Below are positions 12,521 to 26,590 of a stretch of DNA of 64,000 bases, piece by piece. How positions within the stretch are numbered: position 1 is the first letter of the stretch; each line of letters opens with the position of its first letter. Under the pieces are notes generated by a model, which saw only the letters and a program-made list of their open reading frames with translations, had not been told where the DNA came from and searched no databases. The DNA comes from Octopus bimaculoides (lineage: Eukaryota), in NCBI RefSeq assembly GCF_001194135.2, contig NC_068988.1:79061338-79125337 (forward strand), read 5' to 3'. The position numbers and the translations under genes were made by a program.

Positions 12521-13039
12521 CATCAGAAACTATATGAATGATATTCTAACAATGAGGCGTGAACCGTCATCCTTTTTAGCGCGAACTGAAATGATAAATT
12601 ACAGTAATAATTCAGCTGGTTAAGAATATTTTATTGCTGTAAAAGTATTATTATTATTTTAGTAACATTCGTTTTTTAAGAAAATTCCGACTGCAGCTAG
12701 CATTAGCTCTGATAACCCACACCGTTTGTTTTTATCAAGAGAAATGTTCTCTAACAATAATATTGTTCCTTACCGTAGTTGACAGAATTTATGTGAGATG
12801 GATTAACATTATTCACATTAAGAGGTTTACTACTTTATATTTTTTATCTTAATTCGTGAATAATAGCATGATTGGATACAGATTTCCAACTGGTCAGTCC
12901 CTAATTCCCTGAATTTCTCAGATCGACGGTGTCGGGGAAGTCTATTTAACTTGACGTAAAATTAATGCCAAAAAGGACATACATACATACATACATACAT
13001 ACATGCATACGTATATTCTTATATGTGTATATATGTACA

Positions 13040-13200
13040 TTTGATGGGTTTCAGTAATTTCTGTCTAGCAAATTCAACTCACAAGATGTTTGTTGGTAAT
13101 ATCAAAGACTGCAGCAGAAGACAACTTGAGCAAGTTGACAGTTAGTGGTACGAATATGAAATTTCATTGTTTCGAAACGAGTTTCTTAACAATGCGTAAA
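13040..13200 (-). mobile_element. Old SINE family A fragment
   Basis: aaattcaactcacaag...gcagaagacaacttgagcaag is a diverged match to family A. Confidence 0.5.
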
Positions 13201-13465
13201 GCAAGGAGAATTGCATTTGGAATATTCAATCATTTCTGAAGAGCGTTAGTGTTTGTAAAAATACTCTGTATAACTTACATCAAATCATTTTGCTGGTTAT
13301 ACAAGCGTAGCATATGATCTACTTAATCAACAATTTATTTAGTGCCTCTGAATAAAATGTAGCAAAGATGCACATGTTCTTCAATGTTTTGGAAAATTCA
13401 GTTCGCGAAGATTAGCCATGCAATTTGTAGACAGTGTACAACGTACATTAGTAAATAGTTTATAA

Positions 13466-13469
<4 letters not shown>

Positions 13470-13536
<67 letters not shown>
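13470..13536. repeat. (TA)n microsatellite
   Basis: Direct inspection. Confidence 0.95.
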
Positions 13537-13539
<3 letters not shown>

Positions 13540-14394
13540 TGCAAAAGTGGTGGTTGAATTCTTTGGTGGCAGCGGCTTGGTGTTATTAGTTATGACCTCA
13601 GGAGTCAGTATACAAGTTTGGCAAAAAATCATGGGTGTTAAACTAGCTTGGTTTCGAGGGCTGCATTGGTGTGCAAACTAGATCTCTCATGCCGGGTTGT
13701 TGTATAAACTAGAACTAGTTCACCCAGATATCCAAAACCATTGCTAAAATCTTTTTCCTCGTGTAAACCAAAGTAAATAGATGAAGAGGTTAATATGAAC
13801 TAAAATAATTAATAAACAATACAGAAAAGAACATGACTTGTTAGTAAAGTTTGTTTGTAGTGATATGTGCAGAAAATTCATCCTCATCATACATATACAT
13901 CCCTGTCAAGTTAGAGTTTCAGAGTGAGAACGGGCATGCAAATTATCTAAATGAATCATCACAGTTCTTGAAAAAGTCAATGATGAACATTCCAATATCG
14001 TTCATATCACTAAAATCCACACGGACGGACACGTACGTAAATTTGAAAAACTAGCTTACTAAATAAACTAACTAAAATAAATTCCCTTGGCGTTGTTAGA
14101 ATAAGTGAAGTGGAAATAGATCACATCTTTTAGTTTATGGATTCCCAAACTTCTCCTCATTTGTTAAGATTAGTTCCGGCTCTAAACGCATGCTTCGTAA
14201 TATATATATATATTAGAGTATGATTTTTTTTTTTAATTGAGTTGGATCTGGACTAAACCTCCTTTATACCATGTATTGACCACTTTTTGTTCATTATAAA
14301 GAACAATACGCGTGTGCGTATTAGCGTGCGGGCGTATATTATATTATATGATATTATGTATTGTGCTATAGTTTACTTATACGTATACGCATGC

Positions 14395-14545
14395 CTGCGC
14401 GGTTAAGAGGCTCGCATTGCAAGCACTGGCTTTGAACTTCAGTCCAACTACATAGTACTTTGGGAAAGTGTTTTCTTCTATAGCACCGGGCCATCAATGC
14501 TTTTTAAGTGAATTTGATTGACAGAAATTGTGTGGAAGCCCATCT

Positions 14546-14637
<92 letters not shown>

Positions 14638-14760
14638 TGTTTGCCTCCTGCCACTGCGGGCTAACTGGTGCTTATTCGTTTATATCACTGTAACTTAGTT
14701 ATCGGTTTGGCAAAAGAATGTAATATATCCCAGTATGGCCGGAGTCCAATGACTGTAAAG
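14395..14760 (+). mobile_element. Old SINE family A copy with internal (TG)n
   Basis: ctttgggaaagtgttttcttctatagcaccgggcc, ggaagccc-(TG)n and ccagtatggccggagtccaatgactg are colinear with family A. Confidence 0.7.
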
Positions 14761-15124
14761 GAATGTATGTGTGTGTGTGTGTTTGCGTGTACATACACAA
14801 ACGCATAAATATATACGTATATCCACTCATGCACACGCACACGCACGTCATTCGTAACAAACAAGAGAAAAATGGTAGGCCATCGAGGTAGGCCGTAAAG
14901 TCCGTCCCCATCTCCACTCTGCCGTCTGTTGATCAAAATGCCACAAAAAGTAGTACACGCTTGCCTGTAATCAAGTATCACACGCCCTCCCGATCTGTCA
15001 AAGACCGAATTGCGGCTTCATTGCTACGTTACGCCTCTGCCCAACCCCTGGGCCATCGATTCTAATCTAGCAGCCCCTTTCAGGACGATTGCTTCCAACA
15101 ACTCTCTCTCTCTCTCTCTGTAAC

Positions 15125-16880
15125 TAGTTCTTTAATCTGGTCTTCTTAATCTTGGCATACTGGGAAATATCTCTTTCTATGCAGCCGATATAGGTCGACT
15201 GCATAGATCATAAATTTATGGTCTTTGAATTATGGGTACCATATGCTATCTCCATCTACCGTCCTACAGAATGCTCTATCTATATACTATTTTGATTATC
15301 CAATACTGTTTGTTCACATGTACATTTGTGTATTCGGGAAATCCAGTCGGTATCTTCAGCTAGTTGAAAATGACTGAGCAGATTTGTGAGACTTTTACGG
15401 CCACATCTCCTTTCAACTAGCCCCACACAATCCAGATGTGTATCTAAGATAATGCTCCAATCGCTCACTGGCACTAAAGACTTCCAGATTCCAGAAGAAG
15501 CTCAGTTATCCTGCCCCAATCGGAGCATAAACGGCGACTAGAATAAGGGCAATATTTTCGCTGTTGTTCACGTCTAGAACCACCAACTTACCGCCACGTT
15601 CCAGGAAGATCGATCATGTCTCGAGGACCAGGCCTTTCCAAAACGGCTACACCGTCCAGCACCCCGTTCAGTGTCAAGTATGAGGTGCAACGATTTCAAA
15701 ATCACCAAAAATGGGTGCTAATACGCGTATGTCGTAAATCTTGGCCTCACCCATCGCTATCACATTTAAATTTAGAGAACTTAGGTCAACGAACTGACGA
15801 CCCTGCTTCCAAGGTGACCCATTCCATTTGATTGAAAAATGCCACATTGATTGAAAAATAAAAGGAAAAAGAATCGGTTTACTTACCTATGTGATGTACC
15901 TGAAGCGAACGACTCGGTCTTTTTTGAATTTTAAGTTTCCTTTTGAAAATTACTTTGGAGCATTTTGCAAGTCTTTACGATTAGGTATACCACTTTATTG
16001 GTAAAATTCTCCCTCAGTATTTTATATGTCCACAGGTCCAACTTTATTAATTCCAATTATTTTTTCAATTTGAAAGTACAGGTCCTGAGTATCTCTCCCA
16101 CTTTCAAAATTTCTGTTTTTATTTTCCACTAAGGACATCAGTTTTTCTTTTATTTGGGGTGAGAGTGTGCTGTGTTGATACATTTGCGTATTAGTCTGGT
16201 GTATGTGTTCTCTTAGCATTTTTTTTTTTAGGTGGGTATTGGTTTTGGTGACGGCAAGTTGTGGATTTGTACGTGTTTGGTGTGCGTGTGTTTTGGGTGA
16301 TGCTGTCGTAGTTCTGTCGCCCGTTCGAAGTAGCTGTATTTGTTTTTGTTTGTTTGTTTTTTTTATTTATCTGCATGGCCGCCTCTCATACTCGCAAGAT
16401 ATTTCCATGTCGGAAAGATCAGATGTAGAAAGGGCTGGATATATCTTTGCGTATGTGGCCATGTATCTGTTTAAAACAAGTGGTGACAGAGGGCGAGTAA
16501 TAGTAATGGAGTTAGGTTAGATATCTTCCTGGGTGGCGGGCTTTGGTTTTTCTTGTTGCGGGTGTCATTTTTGCCCTCACTACTGTTGTTGGTACTGGTC
16601 TTGCTGCTATTGCTACCGATTTTTCTGCTATACGCCGTTGCTGCTGTTGGGATTGTGGTATCGTCAGCAATAAGAGCCCTCTTATATCCCGCTTTTGATG
16701 ACGTCAGAAACATCGGACGTGGCATTTTTACCACACCAGAAACATCTTGACTTTTGACCCTTAACCGCGATATGCAGATTCACTCCATTCAGTAGATGAA
16801 TAATGCTTAGGTTCATTTCCATTACCCCAGTCTTATCTGGTGGTAGTTCTCCATTGTGGTCTTTTTATATTAGATACAAA
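15125..16880 (-). mobile_element. Decayed Tx1-clade LINE: ORF1 zinc knuckle and tail plus APE endonuclease
   Basis: Minus strand NGVNLHIAVKGQKSRCFWCGKN[g]HVRCF (knuckle with a 1-nt deletion, 16703-16744), then SPWKQG...NLNVIAMGEAK, GKLVVLDV, LVAVYAP, YIDRAF, DHKF; parallels 53040-54340. Confidence 0.8.
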
Positions 16881-17354
16881 ATGCCTGGATTTCTCTAAAT
16901 AAATAGCAGACCATTGCTTATCTTGTTTTTAGGAACATCTACACTGTATACGTATTTACTGTAAGAAAGAAAGAAAAGCTGTATTCATCTTCAGACATAT
17001 TTTTCTAGCATGAATATTTTATTTGTATGAACGCTTACTCCTACACACGCACGCACACGCACACACTCACACACACACGCACACATGTAGACATGTGTGT
17101 GTATGTGTGTGTGTATGTGTGTGTGTTTGCTTATGTTTCTCACTGTCCAGCGTCCTTGTTTGTTTGTTTTAAAGTATATATGACACATAAAACAGATTGC
17201 TTGGAGATACATGGTGTATTTCATAAATATGCCTGTTCAAGTACCATGAAAACATGAAACTATTAGTAGCTCTTTCGGTTATGTTTTAAAGTGATATTTA
17301 TCTCCCACTGGATGGAATACATTTTGTTGATTCTACTTCTATTGGATATATATA

Positions 17355-17515
17355 TAGGAATGGCTGTGTGGTAAGTAGCTTGCTTACTAACCACATGGTT
17401 CCGGGTTTAGTCCCACTGCGTGACACCTTGGGCAGCTGTCTTCTACTATAGCCTCGGTCCGACCAAAGCCTTCTGGGATGATTTGGAAGATTGAAACTGA
17501 AAGAAGCCCGTCGTA
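17355..17515 (+). mobile_element. SINE family A, 5' half up to the internal microsatellite and gap
   Basis: tggctgtgtgg (A box), gggtttagtccc (B-box-like), ccttgggcagctgtcttctactatagcc. Confidence 0.9.
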
Positions 17516-17612
17516 TATATATGTGTATGTGTGTGTGTGTGCGCGCGCGCGTGCGTGTATGTGTATGTGTGTATGTGTGTATGTGTATGTGTGTATGTGT
17601 GTGTGTGTGTTT

Positions 17613-17738
17613 NNNNNNNNNNNNNNNNNNNNNNNNNNNNNNNNNNNNNNNNNNNNNNNNNNNNNNNNNNNNNNNNNNNNNNNNNNNNNNNNNNNNNNNN
17701 NNNNNNNNNNNNNNNNNNNNNNNNNNNNNNNNNNNNNN
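17613..17738. other. Assembly gap (others: 31759-31768, 36408-36717, 43005-43119, 50567-51088, 56728-57158, 58124-58292)
   Basis: N runs, each flanked by microsatellite. Confidence 0.99.
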
Positions 17739-17781
17739 TATATATATATATATATACATACATACATACATACATACATAC

Positions 17782-17828
<47 letters not shown>

Positions 17829-18379
17829 CATGCATACATGCGTGTATTCGCATGTAAAAGCATATATGTGTGTCTGTATATACATCATATACAAAACAGG
17901 GTATGCTATGCAACAAACTTTTGATTTATTGAAATTATCTCTGCCTCTAAATCATGTGCACAAAAAACAAATGACAATTAAGACCAGCTGACTATGATCA
18001 GGAATCTAAAATACTCCAAAACCAATATTTAGGGAGAGGTCAGGATTACTGTCTATAGATACCAGAACAGTTGTGGGCATATGTTTCTGCATCAATACGT
18101 GTCATCAACAGGATAAATGTTGGAAGCTAGTTCCGGCAACCACGGCGGATAATTTTAATATCGAACATGTAGAGTTTGCTGGCCTAGTCGATTTAAATGA
18201 CTATAATTAAATTAGTTGTTTAATTTATCACGAGTGGAAGATTTTTTCCCGAGCCAAGATTTGTAAGTCTTCTTTTTTACTCGGACGGCATTTTTAACTT
18301 CCGAGTTAAAACGGGGGTTATTTTGTCACGAGATTCCACAACGAACCTCTTTCGCCCACAGTATTGTTCTTCAAAGAAT

Positions 18380-18890
18380 AAGCTGCCCAACAAAGCAGTC
18401 TCCATTCTGTTTCGACATCCTCAGTTTGTATAGGAAGGTCTCACACCTATTCTAACCTTTGGTTATGAATATTGGATAACAAGTGAAGATGCACGATCGT
18501 GGATTAAAGCGACAGAAATGAAATTTCTCTAAGAGATCTCCGGAGAAACGACAAAGTTTGTAACTCGGTTACAAGTGAATCTCTCCAGGTCGAGCCGCTA
18601 CTTCGCTTTAAGAGGACACAGCTTCGGTAGTACGGACATGTAATTAGAATGTCACAAGAAAGAATCGCAAGAAGGAAGGAATCTTCGAAGCAATTCAACT
18701 GACCACAGATCTAAGGGTTGACCAAGAACAAGATGGTTGGATAATATACATAGTCTTAGTAAGTCACGCATATGAATCCATCCAGAAAATCTAAAGACAG
18801 TTTTTTTTTAGATAGGACCCTATGGAAAAAGTGCCTAAGGACTCTATCCCGACGACCCCTCCCAAGAATAGTGGGCGGAGAAGATGGATG
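18380..18890 (+). mobile_element. RTE-clade LINE 3' end
   Basis: PILTFGYEYW, ATEMKFL, QVEPLL, QLR*YGHVIRM, PRTRWLDNI; ends gaagatggatg. Confidence 0.85.
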
Positions 18891-21800
18891 TAAATTTCTT
18901 TCCAGCATGGTCTTCGCCGTAATTGCTGTTATAGTCTAAACAACAAAAGGTCTGAAAGGTAGAGTTTCATTGTCAGTATATGATTGTACAGAGTTCAGGA
19001 AAACTAATTAGTTGGAAATATGAAACAAGCGAATCCAAGAGTCTGAAACTGTAGTATTAACAGCTTCGAGGTTGGAAGTAACCAGCTTTCAGTTGTCACA
19101 CATGGAACAGTAAACTCATTGTCAGCACGTGTACCAAATTTCAGTGTCATGATTTAACGAGTAGCTCATCAAATAAGGAAACAATTTCTTCTATTTACTT
19201 GTAAGTAACGGGTTTACTCTGTTGGAGTTAGGGCCTACCTAGAGACAAACGGCTGCTGTCAGATGAGACGATGGACTCTCCTCAAGTACGATTTCTTGAT
19301 ATTCTAGTATTTAAAAAAAGTCTCGTTATAATCACAATATTGGATATTCCAAGTGCAATTGGATGCAAATGTAGTGAGAGTAAATCGTTTAAGGAAATTA
19401 ACAACTTTATTTACCAGAAAGGTAACACAAATCGAAAATACAGTCTTCGATGATGTACAGTTAATATACAACATAGCATCGATGATAGAATGCAAATAAT
19501 TTTTGTTTTCTTTTTTTATCGTTGTAGAGTAAATGAGAACGAGCTAGTTCAACAGCTACGTATAAGTAAATGTTTAATAATGAAGTGGCTTCTTTGCATG
19601 AACTACGGCCATTCTGTGTTTGACGAGTTTCTTCTTAAACCACAATGTTGATATTGTGACTTACACTATGAACCGGCTGCCATCTACAGACTTCTCTACA
19701 CTTCTTGAAGTGATCAATTATATTAATGAACACTTTCTCAAAGTATTTGTCATACGAAAGAACTACATTCACAGATTGTTATATCTTAGAGAAGAAACAA
19801 TTAGATGCAAATTATAGCTGTTGGCTTTGAGTATAATGCTAATTGATAACAAGAGGTAATTCGACATATCGAAGTGTCGGGGTATTGACCGACATGTATC
19901 GTGTTGCGGGATACATTCGATCCAGTGACAACAAGATCGTGCTCTATGGATTTACCTTTAGCTTGACAGAATGTAGCGATAGTTTAATTTAGGTGATATA
20001 GTTTAGAAATGGTTGGGCTCTGCCAGTTTCTGATAATTATAGGCTCTACGTAAATTCTTTAGAGGTCAAGTGCTAATTAAGTTTTGTGAATTTAATTATC
20101 AACGTCATCATTATCACAAACACCATCTTCATCAATACATCTCCACTTCAATGACCAACAGAGAGGATCTCGAAGACACTCGATCTCATTCATGTTGAAA
20201 AAGATTAAATAACACATTAGAATACCGTTAACCCTAAGTATCCCCAGAAAGACGAAATAATCATGGCGTGAATATCTTCATTTATAGTCAGCTCAATCAA
20301 GGCAAACGGGGAACTAGGCAGCACCACTAAGCCTCTTCTTTGATATTAAGCGTCATTATGAAAACAGAAAAAAACAAAATGCCTGTCATAATTAAATTTA
20401 CTTTTCATGCATTTTTTCCTGATATTTTTTCATAACTTTTATATTTGATTACTCTTATTACAATTTGAGTCCATAGAAATATTTTAATATTTTATGAATG
20501 ACGTGATTTTTTAAGGAAATAAATTATATCCTAATCTCAAGAGCAAAACGTAAAATGAATGATTGAACAGTTCCCCGTCGTTTGTATCTGTTGACGGCCA
20601 CTTAATAGTAACTAATTTTTCTCTTTCAATATGCCTTAAAGAAGTCAAGTGGCATCATTGATAACATCATACTTATGAATGGGATGGGGAATATATATAG
20701 TTTACACTAGCAGCTTCTGTTCAGCGAAACTGTTCACTTGACGCTTACATATTCTCACGATACAAAAGCGTTTTTCTTTAATTTTTTTTATTTGAGTATT
20801 TATTTTTTATAGGAAGAACGGCAGCGTCTATGACCTTTTTGCAAGACTTTTGAGGCTAGTGGGAGGAAAGAAAAAAATTATTATCAAACCGTTGTTCTGG
20901 TCTACATGCTTACAACAAAGTAGGTTCTAATTAAAAGTATCAAAGGCCTACGTAGAGGTGTTAAAATGAGTTGTGGATTAGATCTACCATCGCTAAACAT
21001 TGACTTTTGATTCGATTAACGCACATCTATAGACTCCATTCATGAGTCATGTCTTGAATTTTTAGCTTCCTTTTAGATGGCACTATCGTGGTATATAATT
21101 TTTCGAATGGCCCTCAACGCTCGGTTCTATCTCCAAGCTTTAATACAAGAACGACCTACATGTCTCCATCTCCAACAACACCCTTTCTTTCCTCGCTAAG
21201 TATCACCGACACCTAGCCTAGACACGCCGTACCAATTCACTGTCTGTGTAAACAGAGAATGAAAATCTGTTTTATGAGTGTCATGTCGAACTTGACTCAC
21301 TCTAAAACACAAATACACAATCACTACGCATATCAAAAGACCAATAGCTTTAGCATGAACAAAGCGCAATTAGATCCCTCAAGATGGCACGTTCTCATTA
21401 TAGCAAACACAGTGCCTGCATCAACTAATGACTTTGAAGGTTAATAAGGGTTCAATTTCAGGTTTCGTAAGGAAAGGATTTTAGTCGAGACCGCATTTTG
21501 AAGGCACTTGTTCATCACCTCCTGAGTGTGAAAGGCAAAATCAAAACTAGTAGAATGTAAAAGGAGAAAGTAATTTGTCACTTGGTTTGACACTATCACT
21601 TCCCTGTTGGGTGGTTTTAGCGGAACCCACTCTATTACAAGCATTCGAGCTAGGTCTCTGAACATTAAATACATTTCTCCTTTCACTTCAACAATCATAT
21701 CGCCTTGAAAATGTTCGTGTGTTATGCTTTTAACCTTGAGGCGAAGTCATTAAAATTAATATAAAGAGACGTTAATCAATAACAGAAGACATTTAATCCT

Positions 21801-22639
21801 GCATTATACTTTTTCTGCGATACTATCCTCGAAGTTGTAATAATCGATATTACGTAGTGAAAATTTGAAAATTAAATTCCTATCAATTATAAATATTCTA
21901 CAACAAATGTTTTCAGGGCAATGTTAAACGCTTGATTACCGTCGAAGGGGTTAACGCCAAAGTAGTAGCTAGAGAAGAAGTAATGAATATGGAACTCAAG
22001 CGATGAATATGGACCTACAAGTAGTAAATATGACACTAAAACGGTGAAAATTATACTAAACCGGTCTATGGTGGATAATTTGGTTCTTTTAACTTTCGTC
22101 ACAAAAGTAGGGTCTCTACACTGAGACTGTTTCAGTTTTCTGTTATTTAAAAGTTATAAATTCAATTGCCTATCTGGTCAAGGGGAAAGAAAATTCACTC
22201 GACTGAGATGAAAACACTGAGTTATTACAATCTATACGCACAACTAGATGCTCTATCTCAGCAACAAAACTGTTTTACCTAATGACAAATGATATATTAT
22301 TAAGAATCAAATCTTATTAGCTTGAGATGTGATCCAATTGTAATTTTCGGAGAAATTAATAAAAAAGTAATGAACCTTTAAATATTGGAGTTTTGAAGGA
22401 TTTCAACCAATTTCGATATACTGAAAGCTGGAATCACCATATGTTCCCACGGAAAACTATTCAAACCAAACAATTTTACCCCATCCATATCAATAAGTGT
22501 GAATGAAGGTGTCCGTTGTTAGAAGAAACGCCAAGTATCACTACCAGAAAACAGGTTACCATGTATTTGTAATTTTGCGGAAAAGAAGTTAATTTGCAGG
22601 AAGTTGTCTTCCACAACAACTCTAGTTGTGTTTACTTAC

Positions 22640-22935
22640 TCTGCATGAAAGAACTAACGGCTGTCTGTTTCTCCAAGAAAGAGCTGGAAGTGAGAAGCAG
22701 CAGCGTGTATGATGATAACGATTACATGAGAGGACTGTGTGCAGTTCCCTAATCTTTGTAACCTAGTGTCGATTGGTTGTTCTGGAAAGATTGTCAAAAT
22801 TGACGAAACAGTATACTCTGAATAGAAGTACAACCGAGAAAGGGTGCTACCGGAAAAGTGTGTTACACTAATATCCCAGAGATACCCAGTTCCGATTCTC
22901 GGCAAAGAACGACACAGCGTCGAGTCTGACAACTG
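22640..22935 (+). mobile_element. Merlin (ISXO2/IS1595-like) DDE transposase remnant
   Basis: IGCSGKIVKIDETVYSE*KYNRERVLPEKCV at 22772-22866 resembles the Merlin motif IGGPGKIVEIDES...RKYNRGR; upstream FSKKELEV...DYMRGLCA. Confidence 0.75.
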
Positions 22936-23367
22936 GTAATCATCATTTTATGATTGATTCATATCTCTATGAGTTTATGCGACCTGCTTCAGTATTTTTC
23001 ATCTTTAAAGGTTGTGTATCGCTTATTATTCATTTCTCATAAAACAACGCATAATAAAAAATATATATATATCCAAGGCAGGCTGACAAAAAGAAAAAAG
23101 AAAAAAGGTGCGGAAATGTGGCAGTTCCGACTTCCGGTTTATCGAGATTGCAAGACACAGATTGGCTGGAATTAAAGGAAAAAAAAAAGATTATTTTTAT
23201 GGCTTGTAACTTTATTATCAATTTCCTCCAAAATGACACCAGAAATGAATGACACCAGAAATGAATGACACAATATTAAACAAAAGAAATGTCGATTTAT
23301 CGTCTAAAATCTAACAAGAATGAATTATAATTTATTTATTTTTATTTTAGATATTCATTGCGCGCGC

Positions 23368-23434
<67 letters not shown>

Positions 23435-23439
<5 letters not shown>

Positions 23440-23560
23440 ACAGTAAACAAAAGGCGAAGACAGGTGAAGGAACATCAAGCAGGTGTATTAGTTTAACTCT
23501 TGGAAAGAATGGAAATGTCTTTGACATTTCGATCCTGCCCACTTCGACAGAAAGGAGTAA
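23435..23560 (-). mobile_element. Probable Penelope-like terminal repeat with a decayed hammerhead; related fragment at about 58030-58080
   Basis: Shares caggtg...aagcaggtgtattagttt with 58030-58080; the minus strand carries CUUU-CUGUCGA-A...GAAA-UGU-C-AAAG. Confidence 0.5.
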
Positions 23561-24609
23561 GAGGAAAAAAAAAACGGAGAGGGAAAAACTGTGAAGGGGT
23601 TAACGGTTCAACATGATGAAATGGCCGAAGATTTTAATGATAATATTGATAAACACTCTACTGTTATTATTACTATTATTACGAGCCACTTTGTTTAGTA
23701 CTGCGCTCCTTTCTGTTAGGATCCCTACAAAAGTGACTTTCATAATTCTCATAGTGACCACATGCAAATACACACACATATATTTGTACAAAGCTGATGA
23801 CTCATCCGGCTCCTCCTCACATTTCCTGCCTCGATACGACCTCTCGGACAATGAACATTCACCTTTGTAGTCACCTTAAAGACCGGATTGGATGAAAAAC
23901 CCTGGGAAATCAATATACTTTATTTCAAGTACTGATTTCATTTTCCTTTGCAAAATCGTAAAAGTGTATTTTATATACAAACATACAAACCAACATACAT
24001 ATAAATATACATGTATGTGCTTAAGTATTTACGTATGTATGTTTGTGTTGTCGATTAGTCCTAGATTTATCTCGTTAAAATTTATGATGAAAGGCTTTCT
24101 AGTCGTGGCAATCCCGTATGCTATGAGCTATATGGTTCAACATAGCTTTTATCTAGTGTTGTGATTTATGAGTGTTCTGACTGCTAATTTTGGCTGATTA
24201 AGAAATCATGTGTCAGCTGTCTGTTCGACAAAATTGTTTGCAAATAAACCAATTTTTTTTTTTTTGCCTTTCTCCTCTAATTATAAAGTCTGGTTCCTTC
24301 CCCTCTTCTGACTTACATTTTCTTTTACCTATTCAGAGTAGGTGACTGAACTAACAGGCTAGTCTTTTCGTTACCTCAAAGGTAGCCACATTGAGTAGAT
24401 TCTTGATTTTTAAAGAAATTTTGTTATATGAGGACAGTTTTTACCTCTCCTGTGTAACTAAATTGTATTTCTTATTACATGCGTACTTGTCCTATTATGC
24501 ATTCAGCAAACGGAAATCGCGTGTGTATTTATCAAACCCTGACATACCTGATGGCGAAAGTGTTTAGAATTAAAAAGTGTTTGCCATAGCTATCATACAT
24601 CTCTTTTTA

Positions 24610-24760
24610 CTTCTGTAAACACTGGGCTTAATGCTTGGTGGCATTGTTTGAGCTTTACATTCTGACTTCAAATGCCGCCAAGATCAACTTTGTCTGGACT
24701 CTGAAGCCGATGTAATCGACAAGATTCTTCCCCACAAATTTAAAACCTTGTGCCTACAAT
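24610..24760 (+). mobile_element. Old, internally deleted SINE family B
   Basis: ttctgacttcaaatgccgccaagatcaactttg...gatgtaatcgac...aaccttgtgcc. Confidence 0.6.
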
Positions 24761-26394
24761 AGATAAGTTTTTTAATGAAAATATATTTCAAGCAAATCTA
24801 AAATATTTCTAAAAGGAAGATATAAAATTGTATATGGCAAAAGAAGCCCGTTATATTTTAAATTACTCGTCAGTTTGGACTGCTTCTTTTCTTCGTTTCC
24901 TATCCGTGTATTTCATTTCGTACCCTTTAGAAAATGATCTTATTTGATAAGAGTTATTATAATTCTACGAATTATGAAGCCATTAGCAGATAGCTTCAAT
25001 AGTACGAGTCGTTGGTTCAGTTTTGCATTTCGGTATGTTTACAGGAATGTTTTATTCTTTAAATTATTAAGGAAATCTCTATAGTTTGCTACATTTAATT
25101 GACAGTGATAATAATTGAGATTTTTCAGTCATGTATGCTACATATCGACTGATAAATATCACTACAATAATCGCCGATTTAACAGATCGTCAGACAATAT
25201 ACTACGAAGTATTTAGTTACATCCCTTCTTTATTTTCTAAGTTCAAAATTACACGGGCTTCAACTTTGATTTTCATCTTAACAGGGTCAAAAAGTGACAT
25301 TGGAGCATTGGAAACGACTCTTCCCTTCACACAAACTGTATGGCTTTACTAAGAAATCCTTACTTATTTAATTTGATTTTTTTTTTCATTTGCATTTAAA
25401 ATAAGAGTTTTTTTTTCTTCTTGAGTCACAAAAAATTAGATAGAACAAGAAAGACAATCAAGATTATCAAATGCTTCGTGCGAATGACCGAAATCTTTCA
25501 AGCGATTAGCACAATAAAAATAAAAGATTGCTATTATTCGTAAGTCTGTTGTAAAATGATGATAACTGATAGTGAATATGTTAAACGACAGCCATCAATC
25601 ATTTTGAAAATCCTCAAACCCAGCGGTTTTCCATTTGCCAACCAATCGATACGAAGCCGGAATTACATGTCATAAGTCTTTAAGGTGATGGCATTTTAAT
25701 GTTTTTTGTTGATACAGTCTCTATCAATGTTGCTGTACTTAGACTAATTTTTCACAAATAAATTATTAAGTTTTTTCTTTGGCTGTATTGAATCTTCTGG
25801 TTAAAACATATCGCATATCATTTTATAAAAATTCGAGGATCAATTCTGAAAGAATACTTTTTCCTATCAGCATTTTCATCTGTTTTTCTTTTTGGGTCTG
25901 TGTTTGAAAGATTCCAATATATGCAGTTGTATTTGCTTATGTTAAATAGAATGTCTACTTTTCAATGTTTAGGGAGAATTAACTAAAATCATCCGAGTTG
26001 TCTTTCTTGGTTCGCTATGTATAGTATCAATTCGGTCTATTAGATAAACATCCAGTCTTCTGTATCGGTGATTCCATTTGCTTGAATAAAAGGGCATACA
26101 GACTTAATGAAGTAAATATTATTATATATTAAAGGTGGTGGATTAGGAGAATCGTTAGAGTATGGAATAAAGTGCCTTGTGGTATTTCTTTTTGTTCTTT
26201 GCAGTTTAGGTTCAAATACCACCGAGATCAACATTGTCTTTCATTTCAGGAGAGGGTTTTACTGTTGAAATCTGTCTGTCAAGTATTAGGATCCATTTAA
26301 TCGACAAAGCCATTCCCCTCAAATTGCTCCTATATTGGTAACAATTATTATTGATACATTTTTATCCGAAGATATTTGATTTTGCATCAAATTC

Positions 26395-26590
26395 TTTTCC
26401 CGAAATTTTGGAGGAGAGGCCCAATCGATTAGATCGAGCCAGTACGCAACTGGTACTTAATTTATCGACCATGAAAGGATGAAAGGCATAGTCAACCTCG
26501 GCGGAATTTGAACGCAGAACATAAAGGTAGACGAAATACCGCTAAGCATTTCGCCCGGCGTGCTAACGTTTCTTCCATCTCGCCGCCTTA
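26395..26590 (-). mobile_element. SINE family B (tRNA-derived head; central domain resembling MetaSINEs)
   Basis: Minus strand taaggcggcgag...gaaatgcttagcggtatttcgtc...tgcgttcaaattccgccgagg...cctttcatcctttcatggtcgataaattaagtaccag. The MetaSINE resemblance is from memory. Confidence 0.9.

Noticed and set aside
16680-16725. Minus-strand CRE palindrome TGACGTCA (16699-16706), TATAAGA box and downstream donor AG|GTAAGT at 15886, resembling a promoter and first exon
   Set aside because: All lie within the decayed Tx1 ORF1; the CRE overlaps the zinc-knuckle codons. No independent evidence of exaptation.
16553-16750. Hydrophobic 65-aa ORF resembling a signal peptide or membrane protein
   Set aside because: Antisense reading of the A/C-rich low-complexity Tx1 ORF1 tail.
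18395-18430. Hammerhead-like CUGAGGA...GAAAC on the minus strand (similar CAGAUGA..GAAAC near 46425-46445)
   Set aside because: No room for stem II and no valid UH site; both are explained as chance.
21080-21700. Possible ancient RT remnant (RPIAL, FRFRKER)
   Set aside because: Only two short motifs; not enough to call. The T-rich tracts at 31800-33050 and 50100-50500 were likewise left unassigned.
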